A stretch of DNA of 64,000 bases from Candidatus Poribacteria bacterium. GTDB taxonomy: Bacteria > Poribacteria > WGA-4E > JAJDTR01. A program made the position numbers and the translations under genes. Under the pieces are notes generated by a model that saw nothing but the letters and a program-made list of their open reading frames with translations, did not search any database and was not told the origin of the DNA. Location: positions 2,240,001 through 2,304,000 of the forward strand of contig CBDCTK010000002.1 in the NCBI GenBank assembly GCA_965222225.1, given 5' to 3'. This document shows positions 52,033 through 61,330 of this stretch, piece by piece (position 1 is the first letter of the stretch; every line of letters begins with the position of its first letter).

Positions 52033-52325
52033 GTTGTATGTCTCTCATTAGACATCTGTAGGTTGGACGTAAACTGGAAACGCATCGGGTTGCCGGTTCA
52101 AGCAGCGGTGATTGGTGCGCACACTCGAAGGTTGGTGATACCCGATTCGAAACGCGCAATGAATCGCGCTGCAACCAATTATCAGCTCACTCAAACTTCA
52201 ATTTAGGCAACGAATTAACGAGGTCCACCGTCTGCACACTGACAAGGGAGGAAACCGGCTACATATATCGGAGGCGGAAAACTACTTGGAATATCACTCC
52301 TACGTACTAACGTACTAAGCGTTGT

Positions 52326-52706
52326 TTAAATGTGGGTACTACTCAGTCTTGGGAGTTGCGGCATGAACGCTCTCTCCCTCAATATGGCGTATTCAACCTG
52401 CCTTGCCACATATCGCGGATTTATTTTTTCTCGTATATCCACCCCGATGCATGGGATCCCCTTTTCTTTCGCACGGTTTAGCTCCCAAGATACCCACTTT
52501 GAATGCTTAACGGAACCTGACCTCAGTAACAGCACGAAATCTGCTTTTTCCAGTTCAGTTTCTACCCTCTCCTGCTTATTCTCCGAATCGTTATCTATTA
52601 AGTCGATGAACGAGTCCCCAAACTTCGAGAGCACACACGACAGTTGGACGAGTGAATCTCTGTTGATAAAGTTGTCCCTCGTTGTGTAAGACACAAATAC
52701 ATTCAT
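52326..52706 (-). CDS. TIR_2-type domain protein
   Basis: VFVSY, ADFVLLL, SKWVSWEL (catalytic Glu); ATGA overlap with the upstream gene. Confidence 0.85.
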   Translation of the reverse strand: MNVFVSYTTRDNFINRDSLVQLSCVLSKFGDSFIDLIDNDSENKQERVETELEKADFVLLLRSGSVKHSKWVSWELNRAKEKGIPCIGVDIREKINPRYVARQVEYAILRERAFMPQLPRLSSTHI

Positions 52707-53158
52707 TTACCAAATACTCCGAACTCATAACATAACCACATCATAAGTCCTATAGCAATTAAAACATAGTAAAGTACCATTGACCAATTAAAAAGCGCTT
52801 TCCACCGCGATACTTCGATTGATTGTCGCGTGTAGGTTGTACAATTGTTCCGTTCAGCAATGGTAAACCTCCTGTCTTCCAATTGACTTCGTAATCGTTT
52901 TTGGAAATAGTATGCCGTGGCATCAGAAATCCAGAATCCTACGCAGATCAATAAACCGAGAAAAAACACGGCGTGATTTAGGGGATTTTCGGTGAATTTG
53001 ACTACTAAGCCTACTGCAATCCCGATAAAACCTACACAGAGTTTTTTATACTCAAAGCAACTCTTGCTTATTTGAAGAATGGCCTGGTGAAGTTGGTCTA
53101 CATCTTTCCAATCCAACTCATCTTCACAGGATGTTTTATGCTCATTAGATATATTCAT
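52703..53158 (-). CDS. 3-TM membrane protein, candidate effector
   Basis: Three hydrophobic helices; SCFEYKK and FWISDATAYYFQKRLR motifs. Confidence 0.75.
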   Translation of the reverse strand: MNISNEHKTSCEDELDWKDVDQLHQAILQISKSCFEYKKLCVGFIGIAVGLVVKFTENPLNHAVFFLGLLICVGFWISDATAYYFQKRLRSQLEDRRFTIAERNNCTTYTRQSIEVSRWKALFNWSMVLYYVLIAIGLMMWLCYEFGVFGK

Positions 53159-53630
53159 TAGATATATTCATTAGGTAATTAAAGGGATTTTATTCTGGCC
53201 CATCTGCCTCAAGTGCTGTTAAATCCTCAACACCCGCCATAGCGGCGAGTGCACGTGTATAAACCCGTAACTGTTCCTGCAAATCTGCTAATTCTTCTCG
53301 AAATTCTCGGACTTTCTCGGGGTCTTCAAACGCGCATTCCAGACTTAGCTTGTGCCACTTAGCCGTGAATGGTCTTACCACCTGATTCAATACTACAACG
53401 GCTATCTTTGTAAACTCAAAGCAGCCGGGCCCCTTTCTTTTTATTACTTCTCTGGTTAGTGGGAACAAAGAATAGACGCTATCTAACGCAGTTTCCTCAT
53501 CACCAGAATCGGCCGGCAGCGGTTGAGTCGTGATCCGTGTCAATAGTTCAATATATAACTCCCAAGCCGCTTCTTTATCTAGGTCTTGTATCTTAAATTC
53601 CGCTTGCAAGAATTTGACGTTAATCTTTAA

Positions 53631-54879
53631 CGGAATTAGTAGCTTGTAGCTTTTAGACTGACGACAAACATAAAACTTGGTACCCTGTCGTAAATCTTTT
53701 CGTCACACGTAGATGTCCATAGTGACTATTCTTCTCGTAGGAGTTTGCTATGGACATTTTGAATCTTATGAAAGAGTTTCCAAATCAAGAATCTTGTCTC
53801 AGATTTATAGAGGAAAAACGTTGGAAGGACGGTGTTTGCTGTATCCACTGTGGCAGTGAAAAAGTTGGACGCAAGAACAAAAACGACATTACTACTGGTT
53901 GGAATTGCTACGATTGTGAATCTAGCTTTTCGGCTACAGCAGGAACCATCTTCCATGGTACCAAGATACCTCTCCAGAAATGGTTTTTGGCTATCTCAAT
54001 TCTTTCCAATGCCAAGAAAAGCATATCGAGTTGTCAGCTTGCTCGTGACTTGGACATGAATCAAAAGTCCGCTTGGTATATGGCAATGCGCCTCCGTGAG
54101 AAAATGAGTGATAGTGATGAATTGCTGAAAGGGATAGTTGAAGCGGACGAAACCTATGTCGGCGGCAAACCCAGAGCAAAATCTAAGAGAGGTAGAGGCA
54201 CAAATAAATCTCCCGTCATCGGCGTAGTCGAGAGAGGCGGTCGGGTGGTTGCTAAATTCATGAAGGTTCTATCTGGTGAAAATATCAGAGAATTCATCCT
54301 TAGCAATGTCTCACCCGATGAGTCTATTCTTATGACTGATGAATTTCGCTCTTACAATAGTCTGGACGAAGATATCGAAAGACATGTTATCCATCACCAA
54401 GAGAGATATGTTTCTGAGGACGGCGTAACTCACACCAACACCATCGAGTCGTTTTGGGCTTGTGTCAAGAGGTCATTCTACGGAACGCATCATCACTACA
54501 GCAAGAAGTGGCTGCCACTGTATATCATGGAGTCTTGCTGGAAATATAATCGCAGAAAAGATGATGAGATTTTCATAAGATTTTTTGATGAATGCTTCAC
54601 CTGAGCCACATGAATTGTTTGGCTATCGGTATATTCTGTCAACGACAACATCATGGTGTGCTGAAAATCCCATAGTGTTGGAAATTAAAATCCCGCAGAT
54701 AACCCGCAATGCTCCCGCGAGCATGTACAAACGCTTGGTCAACATGATATGCCTCCATTTCTCTCTTATAGAGATGTATTTTAGTGTGAATCAAGATTCC
54801 GAACACTGTCTAAAGTTATTGTACATTAAGAAAAGAAAAGCAAGCAAATCAACCAAAAAGCAGTTAACTACTAAGTCCC
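53631..54879 (+). mobile_element. IS1595-family insertion sequence, copy 2 (1249 bp)
   Basis: Same TIRs as copy 1; 8-bp TSD ATCTTTAA at 53623-53630 and 54880-54887. Confidence 0.95.
53750..54604 (+). CDS. IS1595-family DDE transposase (protein identical to copy 1)
   Basis: Identical 284-aa translation in the ORF track. Confidence 0.95.
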   Translation: MDILNLMKEFPNQESCLRFIEEKRWKDGVCCIHCGSEKVGRKNKNDITTGWNCYDCESSFSATAGTIFHGTKIPLQKWFLAISILSNAKKSISSCQLARDLDMNQKSAWYMAMRLREKMSDSDELLKGIVEADETYVGGKPRAKSKRGRGTNKSPVIGVVERGGRVVAKFMKVLSGENIREFILSNVSPDESILMTDEFRSYNSLDEDIERHVIHHQERYVSEDGVTHTNTIESFWACVKRSFYGTHHHYSKKWLPLYIMESCWKYNRRKDDEIFIRFFDECFT

Positions 54880-54955
54880 ATCTTTAATGTTTCTAAGCCA
54901 TGGTCTGCGAGCCATCCTTTAAGGTCCATGCTTTTTCTCCTTTCGGTGAGCTTGA

Positions 54956-55516
54956 CTAGTGGGTTATATTACATATTTTACACTTGGTGTTATACTTCAT
55001 CATGTCTTGTGAATTCTTGATAAGTTCCGCCCTTGATGTCCTCGCATCAAAGGCGTCATCAATCCACTCTCCTAGTTGGCTAGATTTAGATGGATATGAG
55101 CGATAACGGGTATAGCAATTCTCTTCTCCTTCTTCCCAATTCGCTTTAAATCGTGGGGGAAGATGCGCACTGTTTCCTTGGCTGGGAAGTAGGATTCCAA
55201 TAAGACCATTCGGTAAGGTTGCCCCTTGAGTCAACGAACTCTTGATTTCCCAATCTACAAATCGCCGACTATGGGTGCAGCTACCTATCAGGACTATAGT
55301 GACTGTTGTGTCTTGCAGGTATTTCTTCCTGATTTGCCCCATAACATAGTCTGTGTTTGTGCTCTCAATAAAATCATCGTTGTCATTTGCCCCAAGCACG
55401 AACGGAGTGAATACCCGCGCTTGGTTGCCAAAGCAGTCAATAAAATCATCAACTTCAGTCTTATCCCCTTTATAATGAGAAATGAAAACCTTGCGACGCG
55501 TTCCATTGTATGGCAT
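54956..55516 (-). CDS. ThsB-like TIR domain protein (MTH538/DUF1863 type)
   Basis: RKVFISH, IRKKYLQDTTVTIVLIG, RRFVDWEIKSS, NGLIGI. Confidence 0.88.
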   Translation of the reverse strand: MPYNGTRRKVFISHYKGDKTEVDDFIDCFGNQARVFTPFVLGANDNDDFIESTNTDYVMGQIRKKYLQDTTVTIVLIGSCTHSRRFVDWEIKSSLTQGATLPNGLIGILLPSQGNSAHLPPRFKANWEEGEENCYTRYRSYPSKSSQLGEWIDDAFDARTSRAELIKNSQDMMKYNTKCKICNITH

Positions 55517-55981
55517 GTTAATATGTGCTCCGACCTTGTGTTTGTTCGTTTAGGCTAGAACCGACCATAGCAAAATCCTTGACAACATGGCATGAAGCAT
55601 GCCATTGATAATCAATATAGTGTCTACTATTGTATCCTTTACGTATTTCGGCCAAAGCAGCCATGTTTCGTAAAATATGCGTCCTTTACGACGCTCTCGC
55701 TTGAAATCAAATTATGTTGAATCCCCACAAAATGCGGTTGTTCCGCTAAACGCATCTCGGGTATGATTCAAGAAGCTGGATGGTGCTCTTTTTCGAGTTT
55801 GCAAGGAATATCCAAATCCCTTGGGATGGCGCGCCTCGGTGGTCGGCATCATCCAACCAACGACTGGTGGTCGCTAACCGTCGTTGGCTGGACAACACGA
55901 CAAAATGATTTTGGCACAAAGCGAAAAATGGACGTTGTTTTTTTGCCAAATAACTTCTACTTATAGCCAACATCCAAACGA

Positions 55982-56854
55982 TCAGAATCTCCGTTTGAGT
56001 TTTCCCCAAGTGGTGGACAGTTTGCCTGCGGGATCGACTGCGAACGAGCCGCGCACATTCTTATTAATCTCATCCTCACTAAACGCCCAGTCGTAGACAC
56101 GGTAGATGGCGATTGAGCAATTGCAGGTACGCGCCGCTTCGGCGCGGCTATGCGAGAAAATACTGTGTAACGACATGTCGTGCTTTTTATTCCACTTAAC
56201 ACTTGGTCCCGTCTTTCCGACCTTTTCGCCGTCAATATACGAAGTGAAACTGCTCCCGCTTTCAAACACCATGTGCACCCAGTGCCACTCCTGTTCGCCA
56301 ATCCCTATCCCGTGAGTTCCTTTGGGCCAGTCGTCACGCAGGCCTACGGCACCTTGAGCGATGCTTATGCCGCCAAAATCTCCATTCCCCGAATCGTCCA
56401 GCCAAATCCGGAAGTTTTGCACGGACTCTCTCGGCGCCGCTTGAATTCCGACGAGATGATGTTCTCCCCCTAGCTTGGGGCCATTCATCTTCATGAGTAA
56501 GCCCATGGTGAAATCTTCAAGGTTCACGACGGGCGTCTTGGCGCCCGGCGCGGCGTTGCTGAAAGTCATACCGGATGCGTCGGCAGTGTACCACGCGGTG
56601 TCTTCCTTAAAGCCAAGAGCTTTAATCGAGATGACACCCTGTTCAAGAACGGGTATGAGGTTACTGTGCTCCAATTCCCCGCCCGCCTTACCGGCGTTTC
56701 GCCAGACCTTATCTTTCTTGTCTTGGTCGGTCTCGACAGGGTTAAAGTAGAGCACCGCTCCGGGTACCGACTGAGAAAATGCCGTTGAAATTGTCATCGC
56801 AATACCAACCATCATAATGCAAATAGCGATGGCACGCATTGTGTATTGTGTCAT
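55982..56854 (-). CDS. Secreted LamG-like jelly-roll protein with C-terminal FAVDPAGKLSTTWGKLK motif
   Basis: Signal peptide; WHWVHMVF..YIDG; YRVYDWAFSEDEI; GGAGG RBS. Confidence 0.8.
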   Translation of the reverse strand: MTQYTMRAIAICIMMVGIAMTISTAFSQSVPGAVLYFNPVETDQDKKDKVWRNAGKAGGELEHSNLIPVLEQGVISIKALGFKEDTAWYTADASGMTFSNAAPGAKTPVVNLEDFTMGLLMKMNGPKLGGEHHLVGIQAAPRESVQNFRIWLDDSGNGDFGGISIAQGAVGLRDDWPKGTHGIGIGEQEWHWVHMVFESGSSFTSYIDGEKVGKTGPSVKWNKKHDMSLHSIFSHSRAEAARTCNCSIAIYRVYDWAFSEDEINKNVRGSFAVDPAGKLSTTWGKLKRRF

Positions 56855-57258
56855 GCTGCTGTCCTCCGAATAAATCTGTTGGTTTCTGAACGTTTCAATG
56901 GGTAGATTATTGGTCACTGCTGTATCAAAATTGTACAACATAATGCTTATAAATTCAAGCGTATAAGCGCAACGAAGGGACTGGAAGAATGGAAGGGATG
57001 CAACGATTAGTGGTCAGGATGTGAGAGAAGAGATGATTTGTTTTCTTTCTAGCCGATGAATTGCATGACTACAAACCAATCGTAGCCGCGGAAAAGGGGA
57101 ATCGACACTCTTCCATCTCAAATGGAAGATAGAATCCTTTTGAACATCGTAGATTGCGCCCTAAGCCTACCACGCCGGTCATCGCTTCCAATCTTTCATC
57201 CTTCCAATTCTCTCCCTTCCATCCTTCCTTTCTTACATTTCTTCAAATTCGCATTTAT

Positions 57259-57287
57259 TTGACGCGAACTCGGTTTTCTGTTATGCT
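57259..57287 (+). promoter_or_regulatory. Sigma70-type promoter
   Basis: TTGACG-17 nt-TATGCT with extended TGn. Confidence 0.55.
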
Positions 57288-57373
57288 AACCTTTGTCATT
57301 TTTCTAGCGTAATTCCATTAACATTTACCGCAGCATGGACGAATCGTATCACCCAAAGGAGGGTAGATTCCCA

Positions 57374-58636
57374 ATGTCTCTTGAAGAGCGCGCGGATCTT
57401 TTTAACCGAGCGGTGTTGGACGATGCAATGGATGAATACGGTCTGATACGCCACTCCCTAACCTATCCGGATCGAAAACCGATACCGTACGAGCTACTGG
57501 AAGGTGTCCGAGAAAACACCGAACAACGGAAGCGGTCAGGTCAGAAGTGGCATCCCCACGCCGGAACGCCGGCGTATGCCATGTATGAAGACGCCAATTA
57601 TGTCGGCAACCGCTACCTATTGTCACAGGCGTGGCGCTGGATGGCAATGAGGGACGAAACCGCCCGGCGAGATGCCGAGAAGGCGTATCACGCCACGATG
57701 TACGCCTATCACGAAGGCCGAAAGATTGATCCCGGCTACTGGCCCAAACCTTACGGTGGGCTAAGAGGAGACTACACGGTCGATAAGGTATACACCGAGA
57801 CTAGCGTGGATCAGGCTTACTCTCCCGTGATCGCACTATGGCGGTACTACCAGCATTTGGCAACCGACGACGAGAAACAGGCTATGGCAAAAGCCGTACA
57901 GGAGCACGGGCACTGGTGGATCCGGCACGACTACACCTACGACTACCTCGGAGAGGTGTGGAAGGTGTTCGAAGGTCGCATCGGCAGCCCGAGCGGCGCT
58001 TTGAAAATCCCCATCGGCATGCACATCGCCTATCAGATTACAGGGGATACGGTGTTGTTGGATGAGTGTGTGCGCATCGTGAGGCAGGCTGTGAAGGATG
58101 GCGGGTTGTCAATGCACCGAGGACCGCGCGGCGAGATTAAGGAGTTGTATCACTGGGCGGAGATGTACGACTATTTCATGCGCGAAACCGATCTGCAAGA
58201 CGAAGCCGAATGGGAACGTCTCATCCGCGAGTGCTGGCGGGCTGGCAAGAGCGCGGTTCAGGAGGATGGATTGTGTATCGGCATGGGGTTCTTCACGGGT
58301 GACGGCACCTTGGAGAAGTACGAACCGGGACCTATTGACGACGTGCACCACGGCTACTGGAAGACCGATGCGGGACATCCCGCCTCCACGGCGCAGATTG
58401 CCTGTTTGGCGATGCTCATCCATGAGCTGGGTTACGACGATGACGCCGCGGATGTCGGGGTAAGGTTACTGGAGAACATCACCGAAGCGCATACCGGCAA
58501 ACGATTTGCCTACACCAGCGCCGAACAGATGCCGCCCGAATCGCGGGAAAAGCCGGCGCAGGAGTTCTTCAACACTCGCACCGTGGTGTTTTGGCTGGAT
58601 GCGTACTGGCGCGGGAAGCTGCACGGGGCGTTATAA
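57374..58636 (+). CDS. Hypothetical protein, probably an alpha/alpha-barrel (glycosidase-like) fold
   Basis: AAGGAGG RBS; helical, rich in Trp/Tyr/acidic residues; TSVDQ motif. The fold is an inference. Confidence 0.6.
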   Translation: MSLEERADLFNRAVLDDAMDEYGLIRHSLTYPDRKPIPYELLEGVRENTEQRKRSGQKWHPHAGTPAYAMYEDANYVGNRYLLSQAWRWMAMRDETARRDAEKAYHATMYAYHEGRKIDPGYWPKPYGGLRGDYTVDKVYTETSVDQAYSPVIALWRYYQHLATDDEKQAMAKAVQEHGHWWIRHDYTYDYLGEVWKVFEGRIGSPSGALKIPIGMHIAYQITGDTVLLDECVRIVRQAVKDGGLSMHRGPRGEIKELYHWAEMYDYFMRETDLQDEAEWERLIRECWRAGKSAVQEDGLCIGMGFFTGDGTLEKYEPGPIDDVHHGYWKTDAGHPASTAQIACLAMLIHELGYDDDAADVGVRLLENITEAHTGKRFAYTSAEQMPPESREKPAQEFFNTRTVVFWLDAYWRGKLHGAL

Positions 58637-58777
58637 GAATGGCTAAGAGCCGGTTGGAATACAGGGTGGTTAGGCAGCTTTTGGGCATTTGAGTTGCTAT
58701 ACATCTTGAAAAGTCCATCGACGATTTGATGATTGAAGATTTGACGCTGGGGCTTACAGAGATGCAGGAGAAATTGC

Positions 58778-59935
58778 ATGAAGATTACAGACGTTAAACC
58801 CATTCCGGTTTGGGTGGGAAGCAGAAATCAACTCGTGGTCAAGGTGGAGACCGACGAAGGCATCTACGGCTGGGGAGAATCAGGCGTATCAGGCAGAGAA
58901 CTGGCAGTGGCCGGCGTGATTAAGCACTACCGCGAGTTTCTCATCGGTCAAGACCCCATGTGTATCGGCGCGCTGTGGCAAGATATGTACCGCGGTCAGT
59001 ATTTCGAAGGCGGACGGGTGCTCACGGGCGCCATCTCCGCGGTTGACATCGCGCTCCACGATATCGCGGGCAAAGCGTTGGGCGTACCGGTGTACCAACT
59101 ACTAGGCGGAAAGCAGCGAGATCTCGTGCCGTGCTTTGCGACGACATTTGCTGCGCCCGGCCCCGGGCTGATTGACGAGGTAAAACTCCTGATTGAAAAA
59201 GGCTGGAACGTTATCCGCACCGTGCCGGGCCACCCGCCCGTAGAGGATGCGGCCATTTTCGAGCCGCGCGAATCGCTCGCCTTAACCGCGTCGTGGCTAA
59301 CCAAGGTGCGGGAGGAGGTGGGACCGGAGCCTGTGCTCGGCATTGATTACCATTGCCGTTTAAGCGTGGCGGAGGCGGCGTCGTTTTGTCAACGGATGCC
59401 GTCGGGCACCCTAGATTTCATTGAGGAACCGATTCGTGACGAAACGCCGGAGGCATACGAGTCGCTGCGGCAGATAGTTGACGTGCCTTTCGCTATCGGC
59501 GAGGAGTTTTCCAGCAAATGGGCTTTTCTGCCCTACATCGAACGAGGCATCACCAACTTTGCGCGTATTGACGTCTGCAACGTGGGAGGACTAACGGAAT
59601 CCATGAAGGTCGCAAGTCTGGCGGAATCTCACTACATTGACTTGATGCCGCACAACCCGTTGGGTCCCATCTGCACCGCCGCAACGGTACACTTGGCGGC
59701 GGCAATTCCCAACTTCGCTTGGCTGGAGGTGCGAAATTCGCCGACGGAGCCGACTGGTCCTCAGGATCTCGATCTATTTCCGGTGCAAATCACGCAGGAG
59801 GGGCCGAACCTTGTTGTGCCCAATCAACCGGGCTTGGGCGTCGAGTTCAATGAAGAACTAGCGATGGAGCAGACCTTTGAATTCTGGGAGGCGCCGCGGC
59901 TGCGACGGCGCGACGGCTCCTACACCAATTGGTAA
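58778..59935 (+). CDS. Mandelate racemase/galactonate dehydratase-like enolase superfamily enzyme
   Basis: VETDEGIYGWGE, DIALHDIAGKALGVPVYQLLGG, IDYH, FIEEP, IGEE, PHNP. Confidence 0.92.
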   Translation: MKITDVKPIPVWVGSRNQLVVKVETDEGIYGWGESGVSGRELAVAGVIKHYREFLIGQDPMCIGALWQDMYRGQYFEGGRVLTGAISAVDIALHDIAGKALGVPVYQLLGGKQRDLVPCFATTFAAPGPGLIDEVKLLIEKGWNVIRTVPGHPPVEDAAIFEPRESLALTASWLTKVREEVGPEPVLGIDYHCRLSVAEAASFCQRMPSGTLDFIEEPIRDETPEAYESLRQIVDVPFAIGEEFSSKWAFLPYIERGITNFARIDVCNVGGLTESMKVASLAESHYIDLMPHNPLGPICTAATVHLAAAIPNFAWLEVRNSPTEPTGPQDLDLFPVQITQEGPNLVVPNQPGLGVEFNEELAMEQTFEFWEAPRLRRRDGSYTNW

Positions 59936-59961
59936 TACTATCGCTTCTACGCACTTCGCCT

Positions 59962-60035
59962 GTACGAGGATCAAGCGACCGGATAGGGAGCGCGATAGAG
60001 ATCCACTCCAATAGAGATTCCTTCCGATTCCCGAC
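59962..60035 (+). repeat. REP with a 37-nt element (59969-60005) and a 3' fragment
   Basis: GTACGAG-GATCAAGCGACCGGATAGGGAGCGCGATAGAGATCCA-..ATAGAGATTCC-TTCCGATTCCCGAC. Confidence 0.8.
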
Positions 60036-60118
60036 AATACGATAATGCAACGACTCACTTTGACCTCTGCTCCACTGACCACTGGCAACTGACCACTGCT
60101 TCACTAAAGGAACTACTA

Positions 60119-61198
60119 ATGAACAAAGGGAAACGGGGTTGGAGCCACTCCAATCTATCCAAACCCGCGGCGGATATCGACATTCGCTACGGACACAACC
60201 TCTTGAAACAGGAGAGCGAGACCTGGCCCTCATACGCCGTTGTCTCAACACCGAGCGCCTTTAAGACGGCCCAATCTCACTTAGGGAAACAACCTGCCGG
60301 CGTAGGTTACGCTTCCTATCTGGATCACGGTCATCTGCAGGAAGTTACCGACGGGTTACCGGAGGAGGTCAACCTCATTGTCGGCGTCGGAGGGGGCACG
60401 GCGCTGGATGCGTCAAAATACGTGGCGCTCAAGCGGGATTTGCCGCTAATATTGGTTCCCACAATTTTATCAACCGGCGCCATCATTCACGGCGTCCTGG
60501 CGATATGGGATGGGCGCGTCATCGTTGGCGGCGGCAATAGCTGGCCCTGGATCGATTGCGAGCACGTTCTCATCGACTATGAAGTGGTTCTTAGTGCGCC
60601 AGCTCACCTTAACACCGCGGGACTGGGCGACATTCTTTGCAACTACGCCAAAATCGCCGAGTGGCAACGAAACCATAGACTCGGGCTTGAACCGCTGTAT
60701 GACGAAGGGGTCGTTTCTGGTGTGGAGGATTTTCACCAAGATTTCACCGATCACTTCCACGCCTCGCTTGACACCGAAGGGAAGCTTACACCGGAGAGCG
60801 TCCGGGTCATCGGCAAAGCGCTGCAAGAACGTGACGAACGGGAGCGATCCCTTGCGACCACGGTGCAGAGCGGCGACCATGACTTCGCGTTTGCTCTCGA
60901 ACTCCTGTGTGACAGGGGTTGGATTCACGGTGAACTGGTCGCTATGGGAGCGGTCATCATCGCTTGGTATTGTGACGCCGATCCTCAACGTCTTCTTTCG
61001 AGGCTTGACAAGTGTTTGGTGCGGTACCGCCCCTCGCAAATGGAAATCTCGCGCGACACCTTGCGCCGGGTGCTTGAGTACCTCCCCGTATACATGACAG
61101 ATCCGGTTCGAGGGGAGGGGAGCTCATCGATTCTTCGTCACGAACCGATCGTGGGAGCGAAATTTGATGAGATGTGGGGGTTTTTGGAAGAGAATTAA
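60119..61198 (+). CDS. Iron-containing/glycerol-1-phosphate dehydrogenase-like alcohol dehydrogenase
   Basis: GVGGGTALDASK, VPT, AGLGD, GDH, IHGELVAMG. Confidence 0.85.
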   Translation: MNKGKRGWSHSNLSKPAADIDIRYGHNLLKQESETWPSYAVVSTPSAFKTAQSHLGKQPAGVGYASYLDHGHLQEVTDGLPEEVNLIVGVGGGTALDASKYVALKRDLPLILVPTILSTGAIIHGVLAIWDGRVIVGGGNSWPWIDCEHVLIDYEVVLSAPAHLNTAGLGDILCNYAKIAEWQRNHRLGLEPLYDEGVVSGVEDFHQDFTDHFHASLDTEGKLTPESVRVIGKALQERDERERSLATTVQSGDHDFAFALELLCDRGWIHGELVAMGAVIIAWYCDADPQRLLSRLDKCLVRYRPSQMEISRDTLRRVLEYLPVYMTDPVRGEGSSSILRHEPIVGAKFDEMWGFLEEN

Positions 61199-61330
61199 TT
61201 GAGATAATTCAATCGTATTTTTAGGACCTTGGTCTTGATGATTGTACAATCTCTAACAGCGGATTTGGCTGTCTTTCTTTATCAGATACGTCAGCTAGAT
61301 TGTGGATTGTTTTGAAAGGAGCTAGATTCC

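Larger units (their letters stand above)
53190..54929 (-). pseudogene. 160-aa hypothetical protein split by IS1595
   Basis: ATG 54929 with AAGGAG RBS; removing the IS gives MDLKGWLADHGLETLKINVKFLQAEFKIQDLDKEAAWELYIELLTRITTQ... Confidence 0.85.

Noticed and set aside
37327-54879. Composite transposon or inversion bounded by the two inverted IS1595 copies
   Set aside because: Each copy has its own matching 8-bp TSD and its own reconstructable target gene, so they are independent insertions with no inversion between them
54585-54887. ORFs of 77 and 100 aa downstream of the transposases (also 37388-37621)
   Set aside because: Length differs between IS copies, one runs into the TSD, and there is no RBS or motif
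56975-57230. GGAAG/CTTCC octamer-like runs, and CACTGAC heptamer runs at 41517, 50549 and 60071
   Set aside because: Short degenerate tandem repeats of a common intergenic type; no structure beyond possible hairpins
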